DNA from: Camelus ferus
Taxonomy: Eukaryota
Direction: 5' to 3'
NCBI RefSeq assembly: GCF_009834535.1
Contig: NC_045696.1
Coordinates: 47,556,001-47,620,000, forward strand
Length of the DNA: 64,000 bases
Part shown: in pieces, positions 51,919 through 64,000 of the stretch
Layout of the letters: every line of letters begins with the position of its first letter
Position numbering within the stretch: the first letter of the stretch is position 1
The notes under the pieces: model-generated
The model's database searches: none
The model's input: only the letters and a program-made list of their open reading frames with translations
What the model was told of the DNA's origin: nothing
Program-made: the position numbers and the translations under genes

Positions 51919-52165
51919 TGTGGTAAAGAGCATGAGATTCCAAATCAGGGAGCTTGGGCCTAAACCCAACCTTGTCCTTCGTAGCTGTGTAAGTGTCTTT
52001 GTGACTTTGAGTGTTATCTAGTTTCTCTAAGCTTTTTTTTTTTTTTTTTTTTTTAAGAATAATAACAGCCTTGTAAGCTTGTGGGAGTAAGAAGCTAATG
52101 TATACAAAGCACTTGGGTGAATGTCTAAAATACAGTAATGACTCATAAATGATAGCTATTATTAT
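51919..52165 (+). mobile_element. MIR SINE with an internal poly(T)
   Basis: tggtaaagagcatgag...gtgactttgag...tatacaaagcact. Confidence 0.65.
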
Positions 52166-53734
52166 CAAGAAGGCCTGGTTCACTTGAGGCAACATCCTAA
52201 TCGTTGGACATGTGGTCATATCCATACCACATAATTTTTTAAAATTCATTAGTTTGTAATAATACAACAAAACTTTCAGCTGTAATATCTTTAACAGTGG
52301 TTTAAGTGCTGCAAGAGAAACTGTATACTGAATATAATTTTATTAAATTGTATACATAGTTCTTAGAAATGACATCTTGCTCTTCAAATATTTCAAAAAT
52401 TAAAAAACATTAAATATGATATTTTTAAAATGCACACATTTATTCAGACACACACAGGTATGTACATATGTAATTTATTGCATATTACCATGTCTTAGGG
52501 GCCAAATGACTTGCCTGAATCAGAACTAGTAAGTAAAAAACCAGGGTTCAAGTTTATGGCTACCCAACTTCAAAGATGAGGATCTTACATATTACTTCTG
52601 GACAAATACAGACAGAAGGTAGGAAATGGTTGGAGACCCCATTCTTCAGGGAGTATAGTGTAGGCCATGGCAGTATGAGACTGATGTCCATCCAGGTCAC
52701 TGGATGAATGGCCTTTTCAACCTCAAATACCTGTACAACCCTGAGGTCTGCCTTGCTTCTGTTACATTCCCAGGCTAGTGCAAGCTTGGCAACCCAGACC
52801 CAGTGCAGAGTTGGTGGTCAGAACTCAGTGTTCAGGAACACAGCACCCTGGCTTCATTTCTTGGTAAACAATTCACCTCTGGATCCCTGGTGTCATTAGT
52901 GAAAATAAGTCCTGATGCAAAGTCCAAGGTGCATCCACCCACTACAGCAAGAGCTTCCTCCCTTCTCCTGGGGCAGCACGAGGGTTAGGATGTGTTCCTG
53001 AAGGACAGTCGGTGGGGCCTTCATGCCCATATAAGCGCAGCCCTACAGCTGGATGCTGCCATAGATGCTTCCATAAAGCTCGGGGCAACTGCAGAACGGA
53101 GTTCCTGTCTTCCAGTGGTTTGCAGTCTACTTTCACTCACAGGACCCTAGACCCTAGCCTGGGCCTGGGTAGGGGCTATTGCTCCCTATATATATGCCCA
53201 ACCTCTACCTTTCTCTTTCCGCCTTCCTGGTCCTGTTCTCTGCCAACTCTCTTCTTTGGGAAGATTTTGTAGTCACTGATGAAAAAGTCAAAGTAATTGT
53301 TCTAAGGGAAAATACAGCTAGAGCATGTTGTATTTTCCCTCTGCTGAAAGCCTCTTACTCAGAGTCTGTGAGGCCCAACCAAATCAACTGGCTGTGCTAA
53401 TTAGTGGCGGTACTGCCCCTGCCCCTCAGCCTCTCATATGACACCTATTTTAGAGCACTCTTTTGTATGCTAACTTCTTTGGCTTGACTGTAAAGCCCCC
53501 TCCTATCATTGGTCCCTATTTAGAAAGACTCTGAATCTTGGACTTCACCCCCTCCTTACCTTATCCTTTGAGAACTGAGATCCAGACATTTAAATCCCTC
53601 ATTAACTGTGCCCTCAAATGTTAAGATTCTACACTGAACCTAAAAGTAAAACTCAGTTTCTCTCAGTAGGATCAGTATCTAAAGCTACAAAAAGAGACTT
53701 TTTAGAAGGCCATAATGTCATGAGGGTCTTTGTG

Positions 53735-53885
53735 AGGCAGGAAAGAAAGAAAGAAAGGAAGGAAGAAAGGAAGAAAGAAAAGAAAGAAGGAAAGAAAGAA
53801 AGAGAGAGGAAGGAATCCAGGGAGGGAGGGAAAAGGAGGGAGGGACACAGGCAGGGAGAAAGGCAGGAAGAAATTCAGGAAGAAT
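53735..53885. repeat. Polypurine (GAAA/GGAA)n low-complexity tract
   Basis: Directly visible. Confidence 0.9.
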
Positions 53886-54238
53886 TTTTTTTGCCCCCTT
53901 CATTACAAATGACACTCATTCATTTTTGTTTTAATAGTCCTTTCTGTCCTGTCTTCTACCCTGACAAATTCTGGTTCTTTATTACACTGGATTGAGTCCT
54001 AAACATCCACCATTCTACTGGACCATGTAACAATAGGGTAGTTAGCAACAACAGTTCCATTTCAAAGACATGTAACCCACAGTGTATCTACATTAGTGCA
54101 GTTAGGAGACAAGTTATAAAGACATTCTATCAAATTTTCTCAATACTATTACCACTCAGTATGGGAAAAGTATCAGGAGTTGTCACTGTTTAGAAAACTC
54201 AACAAAGCATGTGGAAATATGTTAGCAAATATCTTTAC

Positions 54239-54385
54239 CTTAAATTAGATGTCAGTTTTCTTACTGTTTCCTTGACAGATGTGCTTTGAGAAGATTCTGT
54301 CAGTGAAGAAGCAACTTTACAAACACCACTCACAGAAACTCTGGCTTTATATCCAGATCTTGGATTTAAATCTTCCACTGGCATA
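54239..54385 (-). CDS. MORC1: MORC1 coding exon, (S)MPVEDLNPRSGYKARVSVSGVCKVASSLTESSQSTSVKETVRKLTSNL(R)
   Basis: Strong similarity to MORC1 RVSVSGSCKVASS...VKETVRKLTSNLR; gtaaag donor in phase 2. The acceptor is tttgttttcgcccag (exon start 54385) or an in-frame alternative (start 54400). Confidence 0.88.
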
Positions 54386-54644
54386 CTGGGCGAAAACAAA
54401 CTGAGGTTTACAATTTCTAAGTAGAAATCATATTAGATACTAATAAATTCAGAAACATTAATATGTAACAAATGAAATGTTAACACCCAACAAATGAAAG
54501 CAAGGACATAAATGTAATGCTGAAATTGTCATTTATGTAACTATATAAAATCTATTCTCATTTAGAAAAATTACTATTTATTCCTGACAAATTTTGTTGC
54601 AAGGTTTTGGGTACCCATGATTAAATAGAATTGGCAGTAACTTA

Positions 54645-54840
54645 TTCCTTTTTTTTAATTGACGTATAGTCGGTTTATAATGTTGTGGTAATTTTTGGTG
54701 TACAGCAAAATTATAGTGTTTCAGTTATACATATACATATATATATTCCTTTTTATATTCTTTTTCATTATAGGCCATTACAAGGTATTAAATATAGTTC
54801 CCTCTGCACTACAGTAGGATCTTGTTGTTTATCTAATTTA
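54645..54840 (-). mobile_element. L1 3' end fragment
   Basis: aattgacgtatagtcggtttataatgttgt...atatagttccctctgcactacagtagga. Confidence 0.85.
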
Positions 54841-54899
54841 TTCTTAACAATAATAGTCATATGCCATTTGTCTCTTACTTGCTGAAAAAGGCTTTAAAA

Positions 54900-55440
54900 C
54901 TAAAGTTCAATTTTAGCCTGGGGGAATGTAGGTAGAGAAATAAAGTCAGCTGAAAGAAATATTTAGTCACGATACAGTGGAAGAAGGGTGTTCCAAGTGA
55001 AGTGGAATGATCCAGGGTAGATACGAGGTAGGACTGTCTGGGGAGGCAGGAGAAGGCCAGAGCTGCCGGGTGAGGGCAGAGGAAGAAGATAGAGAGAGAT
55101 GAGGTGAGAGGCACTAGCCACGGGGCAGGGACTGGCGCTGATTCTAAGCAGAGCACATGCCACCACTGGAGGATTATTTACATGGGAGTGAGGTGGTCTG
55201 TGTTTTAAAAGGATAGCTGGCTGCAGCATGGACAATAGCTCACAATGAGGATGCATAAGGTAGTACGCAGTGTGTTAATGAGACCCAAAGCTTTCAGTAT
55301 TGTGGGAATAAAAAAAAAGCTCAAGAAGGCTGAGGGACACGCGGTATGGGAGACAAAGCTGGGTAGGCCGTCAGGGGTCAGATCACGCAGGATCTTGTTT
55401 GCCAAGTAAAAAGATTTTTGTAGTCCTTTCGTGGTAATGT
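54900..55440. mobile_element. L2 fragments
   Basis: aaggccagagctgccgggtgag...gagtgaggtggtctgtgttttaaaaggatagctggctgc. Confidence 0.55.
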
Positions 55441-56199
55441 CCACGAATTAAGACTACGGCTCTAGAGTCTCCTATGTTTGCACTGTAATGGGCCCTTTAA
55501 AAACTGGGTAATAGTTTATACCAAATGGAATGTGCTTCTACTGTCAACAGTTCTTTGGCATAAATTATACTAACTTCAGTTGATGTTTTATTTAAGATTA
55601 AGAACATTATAACTAATGCTTAATTGTCTGTTAAAGAACACTCATGCAATGTCTAAAGCCTATTAATTATAACCTCCTTTATACTCAAATTTTATTAAAG
55701 AAGTCCTTTAAATTTTTTTAACCATTTTGGGGATGCTAGAAATTCATGCTGGTGTTGGGAGTGGGGGGTAAAATGCACTACACCAGAGCACAGCAGTTCC
55801 ATTCTGAACCTTTGCTTCTTCTGCCAAATAATAATAGTGCCTACCTCACAGAGCTGTGCTGAGGATTAAACAAGATATACAGAGAATTTAGCTCAATGTC
55901 TATTAGTTCTATTAGTAAGTGTTCTGTAGATAGCACCTAATTATTATTGCTATTGTAATCATCTTTATCATTACTACCACTACTGATAAATTTGATCAGA
56001 TTCTTCCATTAAGATTGTTCTAACTGGATAAAAGTCCTAACATTCATATTGTAGTTATGATTCAAAGATTATTTAAAAAACACAGTTTATAAAAACTAAA
56101 AGTAATACATGAAATAATATCCAAATTTTAATAAATAACTCTAGGTTAAAGTATTGTTCATAAAATGACCTAGCAACAGCATTGGGAAAAAATTACATT

Positions 56200-57040
56200 G
56201 TTTATTCAATCAACAAATACTAAAGAAGGCCACCTCTGAGGCAGGTCCTCGTCTGGGTGCTAAGGACACAGAGGTGAGAAAGACAACCACCACTCTTGTG
56301 GAGCGAGTTAAATTCTAGTGAAAATATAGAAAATAAGAAAACTAGAATGTAAAGCATTAAAATAAACAAATGTTTCAATAAGATACTTTAGAACAGTCAT
56401 AAGGGATCTGGAAAAAAAATACAATGGGAGGATACAATTTGCTAGTGTGCCCCGTCAGAAGCGGGGCAGGCTATTTTAGCTGGAGTGTTCAGGGAAGACT
56501 TGTCAGAGGCTGCGAGTCAGGGAGAAGAGAAGATACATTCCCTGTCCTTCATGAAGCTGACATGCAGTGGGAAGACAGACACTCAGACGGCAATTCCACC
56601 TGACTATGAGGAGCAGCTCACGGTGTGTGTCAGAACATGGCTGGTACTTAACAAATAATCACTGAAGCTGGAGGAAATGTGATGGGATTTGATCCCTGCA
56701 ACAGCGGCTCTGTGAACACCTGAGTCTGCCCAGGAGAACTGAGGGCCCCAAAGGAGAGAACACTTGAACTGGAACATGAATGAAGGGTAGCAGACTGGTG
56801 CACAAGTTTCAGAGGGCATCTGAGCCCGGGAAGTAGTGTGATAAAACAGAACTCTAAATAATTTAGAAACTCTGGGAAGCAAAATCAGGGCTGACCAGGG
56901 AGGCGGGCCGAAGGAGACTTGTGCAATGGAAAGGAGTTTGCGCCTTTTCTTAAAAGTGATGCGGCTGTGAAAGGCTTCTGAGTAGAAGAGGGAAGTGATG
57001 GGATTCGAGGGTAAGAGTGACCACTCAGTCTGCAAGTGCA
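56200..57040. mobile_element. L2 fragments
   Basis: ttattcaatcaacaaatac...ctgggtgctaaggacacag...gagtttgcgccttttcttaaaagtgatg. Confidence 0.6.
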
Positions 57041-57700
57041 GGAAAATAAAAGCTCCTCTCTCTCTCTTTTTTTTTTTCTTTTTTCTTTTTCTTTTTTCTT
57101 GTACTTAATTCAACATGCTCCTCTACAAAAAGAGCACAGAATTTGGATTCCGTGACACCAGGTCTGAGTGCCGGGAAAAAGGCTTAGACAGATTTAGAGC
57201 AGGAGTGAGGGTAAGAATTTGCTTCCTGGAAAACATTTTTTTTCTTCTATTGGATATCCTAAATATTCAGCTGATTTTATATAAAAGTGACAAAAGTCTC
57301 CAGTCAAGAAAATTCTAGCATGCAAGGATTATTACAATTACATACATGCACGACAATAAGATCACAAGCCACACACACACAAAAACGCATTCATGATTTC
57401 AGTCATACCTTAGATATATGTGACATTTTCAGTTCTTTGACTATATTACAGCAATTTGAATTAGTTGCTTGCCTGTTCCATTTCATTATTCCCAAATCGT
57501 CACAAAAGAAAATGAAAAGGTTTGGGAAAAGGATAAGAAACCTAGTGTGCTCTATTCTTTCCTTTGTAAAATTTGGTTCCACTCTTAATTGCCTGGCTTG
57601 TTGCTATTATTTTCTTTCTTCCTGCATTTAAACACTGATAATTGCTTTTCAACAGTGTAACTGCACTCACTTGGACTGTGCGTAATTGCAGTACACTTAC

Positions 57701-57767
57701 CTTTCCCGGTTAGGTGATGAAGAGCTTCTCTTTATTTCTGAAGTTTCACTGCACAGCTCTTGTTTTT
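57701..57767 (-). CDS. MORC1: MORC1 coding exon, 67 nt, (E)KQELCSETSEIKRSSSSPNRE(S)
   Basis: ttcttttgaag acceptor and gtaagt donor; phase 1 in, phase 2 out; KQELC...KRSSS resembles MORC1. Confidence 0.88.
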
Positions 57768-59319
57768 CTTCAAAAGAACATAGACAAAATGAAGACAATC
57801 ACATTGTAGTGATCACACAATAAAGTGATCTGAAAGACGTGTAAGCAGTTCATTAAATACCTGCATATAATTTGGTTTTGTATTCAAACACCTTTTTGTA
57901 AAACTGCACCAATATGTTCTTAAGGTAATTTATAATAACTTCTTAATAAAGTGTATACAGTACATAGAAGAATCCAAGAGCCTCTGTAGCTTATTTTTTT
58001 TTTTTTTTGTAATTTCTTTTTATCTGCTTTTGGTATGCATGGCATGGCTAACTGGAACTGTTCAGTTTCCCTTCTTTCACTAGCCTCTGTGCAGACAACC
58101 ACTGGTCTCCTCCAAGTACCTCACTGCATTCCATTCTGGGATCAGGTTCAAAGACATCCTGACAGATTCCAGTCAGGAATGCGCCTCTAGTAGAGAGCAG
58201 AACTTTAAAGCAGGAGGAGACCTACAGTCATCTAGTTAGGCTGTCGGTCTCTACTCAGGGAACCTCAGAATCAGAATTTCAGAGAGGCTAGTCATTGCCA
58301 CAGAATGGCAGAAATGCTTTGATCCCCTTGGCTTGGTTTTAAGAGTGTCTTGAGGATAGTCTAAGTAAGTTAACGCATCCTTCTTCCATCTCTAGAATTC
58401 TCTGTGATAACTGTGATCTTATTCTACCAAGTAAACCCTTGACAATAAGTTTTGGGCTATTGAAGACCAAGTAGAACAGGAGAGCAACAAGGTAAGTTTT
58501 AGATGGTGAGTAAATGGCTGAGGACCTGTCTGAATCCTTTAAGGAAACATAAAAGAGAACAGACATAGAGGTTTTCCAAGCACACTTCAGTCACCCTTGG
58601 TTTTACTCATGATTTGCAGGCAAAGTGAAATTTCTTAATCTAATAGCCAACTAATCCATAATTACAGTCATTTGAAAATATTTCACAATTGGTTCCTTCC
58701 AAATCCAGGATGAGTACTTGAAATGAAATATTCATTTTAGGATCAAAATTGTATTAACAATTTTTCCATTATAATTTGGAAATCCAACAGGCACATACTT
58801 GAAGGCATGTTAGCAGTTTTCAACTTCTGTAAAAGATTGGCTTTAAAATTAAGAGACCCTTACAAAAGAAATCTTGATTGTGGAATGGCAAATTATCCTA
58901 ATTATGATGAAAAAGAAAAAGTGTGATTTCTTAGGGGCCTCACTAATGGGTTCAAATATAAAGATGTGAATGAATGACTGATGAGGTCACCTAAGCAACA
59001 AAGTGTGAAGGAAGGGAGAGCTTAGTGAACACGAAATGATGGCATGGATCAACACAACAAGGACGAGCATGATGGAGACAAAATGAGCTGAGACCTGCTA
59101 AGGAAACTAAGAAAGGCTTTAAAACTTATTTCAGAATAAGAAGATGACGATAAAAATAACAGACTTGCTGCTTAGGCCCAAAGGTATAATATTACAATAA
59201 AAGAGACAATGGTAATAATAATAATACAACACATAATAAAATAATTCTAGTAATAATAATGAGTGGACACTCAGAAAATAAAATTTTCTGAGTCTAGTTT
59301 GTTTCCAGCTTCTCCATCC

Positions 59320-59590
59320 AGGGGAACTGTCTTTGGACTGAATATAATCAGACGGCAACTTTCTGTTTAAAAAAAAGCTCAGGTCACTCACCTGAGACCA
59401 CTTATGTCCCATGGTCATAAAGGAACTAATAAATATGTTTGTTGAACTACTCTTAGTGATCTCAGAGGAATCATGCAAATAGGAAAAGGACTAAATAATT
59501 GAAAATAGAGGAATGTCATTATAATTTTCAAAATAGGCTCCAAAATTATAGACCTGATATCAATCCTCAGCAAATTTCTAAATAGAAGTC
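59320..59590 (+). mobile_element. CR1/L3 LINE remnant
   Basis: aatgtcattataattttcaaaatagg...aattatagacc...tcaatcctcagcaaatttcta resembles the CR1 'PIFKKG..NYRP..SIPGK' region. Confidence 0.5.
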
Positions 59591-59880
59591 AATGAAGAGG
59601 GGGACCTAAGTCCAATGTTGGGAATTTCAGGCAGTGAGGCAGTGCTGGGGATAATATTCTCAGGCAGGAAGTGCCCCTCTGTCCTTCAAGACATGTGACA
59701 TTGAAAGCTCACTCTCTACCCATCTCCCCTCCCACTTCTGGGACAACAAATTTAATTTTTAAAATCCAAACTGCTAGCAAATGTCTGATTTATACCCTGC
59801 ATAAGATATGTCTCACAAGTCATACTGAAAACAACTCAAACATCACAACTAATATATGTAAACTAAATTCTTTGTTTTAC

Positions 59881-59950
59881 CTTTTTTCATAAAAGAAACT
59901 TCCTTTTTTTCTTCTTTCAATAAAACATCAGTGTCATTTTCATCTAAAAT
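59881..59950 (-). CDS. MORC1: MORC1 coding exon (7th from last), 70 nt, ILDENDTDVLLKEEKKEVSFMKK(E)
   Basis: tgtctttcag acceptor and gtaaaa donor. It ends in phase 1, matching the next exon, and resembles human VSDKSNTDVSLKQEKKEIPLLNQE (recalled). Confidence 0.85.
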
Positions 59951-62769
59951 CTGAAAGACAAGCTCTTTATTTAAAACTGTAAATAACAAAGGACATATTA
60001 TAAGGTGCAAAACTGACCTTGAACATCAATGCCCCTGTAAGAGAGAGACCATAAAGTTGCCAGAAGTACAGTTTGCACATGTTTTGAAGGGAGACAAGTT
60101 TACGTGTTGTTGAAAATTATACTGGCATGCATCTCAAGGAAAGTTGCATTATAATTGTCACATTTACTTCTATCATTTCTTTAATGGGATTTTTACACTT
60201 CTACCAATAGTTGTGTGTTTGTATTTTAAAATATCTGTGTCTGACATGGCTATAACAACGACTCCAACGCATGAGCCAAGTATTGGATCACCAGGAGCAA
60301 CCAAGGAGCATCTGCTGTTTTGAGAAGGGCTATCACACCCCCAGTTGCTGCAGAGCAGATAAGAGTACAAGGTCAACACTAGGGCAGTGAGGACTTTGGG
60401 GAGGTTGGGGCCTGAGGTCCCCCATCATAATAGGAAAGAACATGGGGATGGGGCCGGGGCTAGGAGTGAACCTGGAATGTTAAAGGGTGGGACACCTTGT
60501 CTTTTGACAGAATCTCAGGAAGTCTGCCTTAAAAGGGGTTGCAAAGCCTTAATGTATTTATTGAATGCAGGAGCCAGGAGGGTTGGTGGCACCTGAGAGT
60601 GAGGGGATGTGTGTGATGTGGGGGGACGGGGGCTTAGTGGGGCTGGGAGAGGTAGGGCTGGAGCACGGCAATCAGAAGCTAGGTCTACCATCACTGACTG
60701 TGGGAATTCTGTAAGCCCATTTTACAAAGCTCACACAAAACAAACTCACATTTAGGGAATGTACTTCTTTGGATCAGAGAGTTAGTTCGTTTATGCCCTT
60801 CAGGAAAGTAGACCCAGAAGCCCTCCATATGTATTTTTAAGTCTGTGAGAAGGTGTGGGAAAGGCAGTAAAAAAAGACTGGAGAAGAATGGAGAAGGCAG
60901 GGGTAAGGCCAAAGCTCTGTCTGCATCTCAATCTGAAGACTCCTGAACACGCGCTGGGACACACCAGGCTCCTCAGCTATCACCTGGTGTAAGGTGTGGA
61001 GCTGTCAGTTTCCTGGAACTTACCAATTGTGCATGTAGCCTTCGCCTTTCATGCCCCCTCTAAACTGCTAAACAAAGCAGTGGGATGGAGAGGCTATCAA
61101 CCCTCCTTTTCTCCCCACCCCGGAAACAAAAGCATATGCTATATATACATGGCATTCTGGAAGCTGCTCCGTCAGGAAGCAGGGTAAATGGGCACACACG
61201 TAACCTAGCAACGAAAGAACTGTGAGGCTGTCCACCATCACTGTTTACAAGGGAAAAAGCCTTATAGCTAAGGGGAAACAAAACTGATTCTAAGCTACTC
61301 TGGTCCATTTCAAAATATTTTTATTCTTATACTGTAAATAAATTCATGCTCCAAGAAGTAGATTAACTGCACATTTTTTAAAAGTTCATTCCACAAAATG
61401 ACCTTTAAATGGATATCTTATTTATTTCTGATGTAACATAAAATTTAAAGTTCTCTTCTGATGTGCTGACATACAAGGAAAATCTATATGTTTTATCTCC
61501 CTTTTGAGCTGAATATTTTTTGACCAGTTTATAAGCAGAATAGACTATTCCCCAAAAATGTTAACAGCAACCACAAGATAAGCTTATGAAAGGAACTATT
61601 TAACACCTTTCATAATAACCACTTTGTTATAACCTATGATGATCCTGTTCAGGAAGTATTCATTTCCTCTGGTAACTCTTCTTTAGGATACAAATCAGAC
61701 AAGACAGAAGAATCCAAGGTTAGCAAAAATGACAGCACTCCCAGCAGGGAACTGTTGTCCACGGTACTATTAACACAGCCTCCTGAAATTATTTTTGCAT
61801 TTTATGGTTTAGTTCTCTGCTTTGAGTTCTGCCTTGTGGGGGCTGTTTCCATGAGATGTAGGTATGTCCCCTCCCCCCCAAAATGTTACTTATACAAAGC
61901 TGTATCATTTCTATTGCAGGAGAGATTTCCTTCTTTTCTTTTCCTTTCCTGTATTTTCTTTATTGTTTGGCATAGGGATGTTAAAAATATTCTGGACAAA
62001 CAATTCACAGCCTACAGTATTTCCTTTTAAATAACACTGTGGCAATATCCAAGTTCCATAGGATGCTGCCTTTGTTTTTTGTTTCTTTACAATGTACTTG
62101 TAGCTCTAAAGGTCTGATTTTTTTTTCAATCTGAGACAAGAAAACATGCAGTTGTCTTTTCAGTGACACTATTTGTATATTTTGATACTTGCAAAGCTCC
62201 CCTCCACACACATCATTTCACTATAGAAATGTTCTCCAATCACTTAGGCTTAACTGTGTCTCATGCTCTGCAGTTTGGGGACATGTGTTTCCTAAGATTT
62301 TACCTCTGTCATGAAAGAGATAACACCTCCCACACAGCAAATGAGATTACAGTTAAGTCTTAACACAGGGTTTTAGATACCTTAATTAAAATTACGTTAA
62401 CAATGAGTAGAGTGGAATTTGCCAGTTCTCCAAGGGATGCAATGGATCAGCCTAATACCACATGCTCAATTTTGTGAAGTATCTATTTAAGAGGATAAAT
62501 AAATCATAAATGGATGAGAGGGAGGGAAGAGCAGACCACGGGCAGCTGTACAGCACTTCTAATTCGACTGTCGTTAAAGAAGCTTAAGAGCTGGTTGCTA
62601 TCACTCCATCTGGTTTCTTCCCTTCTATTTTTTTGCCCCTCCACACCCACCCCAAACATTTTATCAAGGACCCATAAAGGCTACCAGACCAGTAACTGCC
62701 TTCCTGCCAAGTTCATAGACCCTTCCTGTTTTCACTCTTCTGTAATTAACATTATGTTCTAGACGCCTC

Positions 62770-63950
62770 CTTTTTGTTCATCAATTTATTCAATAAAATT
62801 GAGTTCCCAGCACGGGGCAGACACTGTGATGGTGAAGACTACAAAGTCCTGCCTTTATGGAGCTTATTTTCTAGTGGGGGAGAAAGGAATGAAATAAATT
62901 AAAAGATGGATACGTAATCGTGTAAGTTCTGTGAAGAAAACTAGCCCAGGGAAGAGGAGGATGACCTGGGCTCCTGTGTAATCTGAGCCCAGCTGCCTCT
63001 CTGGGCTCATTGTTCTCTTCCACACCCTCCTTTCTCCAGGCCTTTGACTTGCTGATTTGTTTGTTGCCTCAACTTTTTCCTAGTCTTTCCTCAGACAATG
63101 CCCCCACCCCAAACCTAGCTTGCCCCCTCTACACACCACTGCACTCGCTCTCACCACAGCCAACACTGACACTCCCTGTCCCCTTCCCCGCTGTTTCTCT
63201 CCTTAGCGCTCACCAGTCTACCATGCAACATACTGTGCTTACTCATCTTGTCTATTGTCTGGTTCCCCCACTAGAATGGAAGCACCGTGAAGACAGGGAG
63301 TAGTGCCTATTATTTCCCTGCTGTATCCCCAGTGTTGAGAATATTAACTGATATTCCTTACATGCACAGAATAAAAGGCAGTGAAAAAGCAAGTCAAGAA
63401 AATACATGTGTGTTGCTGGGGGTGGGTAGCAGTGGAGTCCGGGAATTATAAACAGCAAAAGGAAAGGCTATCAGGCAAAAATAAGCTCAGGGTTTTGGAG
63501 GCCAAGGAACATCAGGGTGACTGCAGTGGAAGGAGAGAAGGAATGTATAGTAGGCAGTGAGGACAGAAAGGAGGCCAGGACAGGTCATGGAGGGCCTTGG
63601 AGGGCACTAAATTTTGTTCTAAGGGTAAGCAGAAGCCACCGGAGGGTTCTGAGAAGAATGGTTAATCTGACTTACATATTTTGGATGGGATAAGCAGATT
63701 TTTAACTGTGGAGGCCAAAAGCAGCAATGCAATCATTTATAGGGCTATTGCTGTAGTCCTGATGAGAGATGGTGGTAAACTGGCCAGACGGGCAGCTGTG
63801 GAGGTGGTAGAACAGAGCATAATACATCTGAAGGTTGATTCAGCAAGACTGGCTGATGCATTGAGGGCAGGGTGTGAAAAAAGGAGAGAAATTCAGGTTT
63901 CAGCCTGAGTAACTGAGCAATGGTACCATTTATTGAGATGGGGAAGCATA
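62770..63950. mobile_element. L2 fragments in both orientations
   Basis: tttattcaataaaattgag..., ccactagaatggaagc...tgctgtatccccagtg, gggctattgctgtagtcc...ccatttattgagatgggg. Confidence 0.7.
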
Positions 63951-64000
63951 AAGTCCCTTGGAATTCCTTCCTTTCTTGGTTTTGATAACCCTCTGTGTCC

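Noticed and set aside
51577..52270. ORFs with CVCV/HTHT repeats
   Set aside because: Translations of the TG/CA microsatellite.
53618..53995. 125-aa Lys/Glu/Arg-rich ORF
   Set aside because: Derived from the polypurine simple repeat.
60173..60379. Possible additional MORC1 exon
   Set aside because: No MORC1 similarity I recognise, and an in-frame TGA precedes any donor.
1..64000. CRISPR arrays, operons or prokaryotic defence systems
   Set aside because: The sequence is mammalian intronic/intergenic DNA with no regularly spaced repeat-spacer structure. Most short ORFs in the track are chance or repeat-derived.

Overview
Mammalian genomic DNA, probably camelid: it carries tRNA-Ala-derived SINEs resembling the camelid Vic-1 family and lacks Alu and Bov-type SINEs. 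Two genes lie on the minus strand, in the same order as the human MORC1-GUCA1C locus. (1) The last seven coding exons of MORC1 (59950 down to 34897) have canonical GT-AG sites and matching phases, but an apparent 1-bp insertion ends the protein about 21 aa early. (2) Exons 1-3 of GUCA1C (GCAP3, a cone photoreceptor Ca2+ sensor; 30768 down to 5560) form a unitary pseudogene. I read 5 in-frame stops, 3 frameshifts, 2 lost splice acceptors and degraded EF-hand ligands, yet clustered CRX-type photoreceptor motifs remain upstream and in intron 2. The rest is mostly interspersed repeats: a young 5'-truncated L1 with a perfect 14-15 bp TSD, old L1/L2/MIR/CR1, MER DNA transposons, LTRs, nested insertions and microsatellites. 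I found no wholly novel system; the best signal is the GUCA1C loss. Human sequence comparisons and repeat family names are from memory, not from a search.
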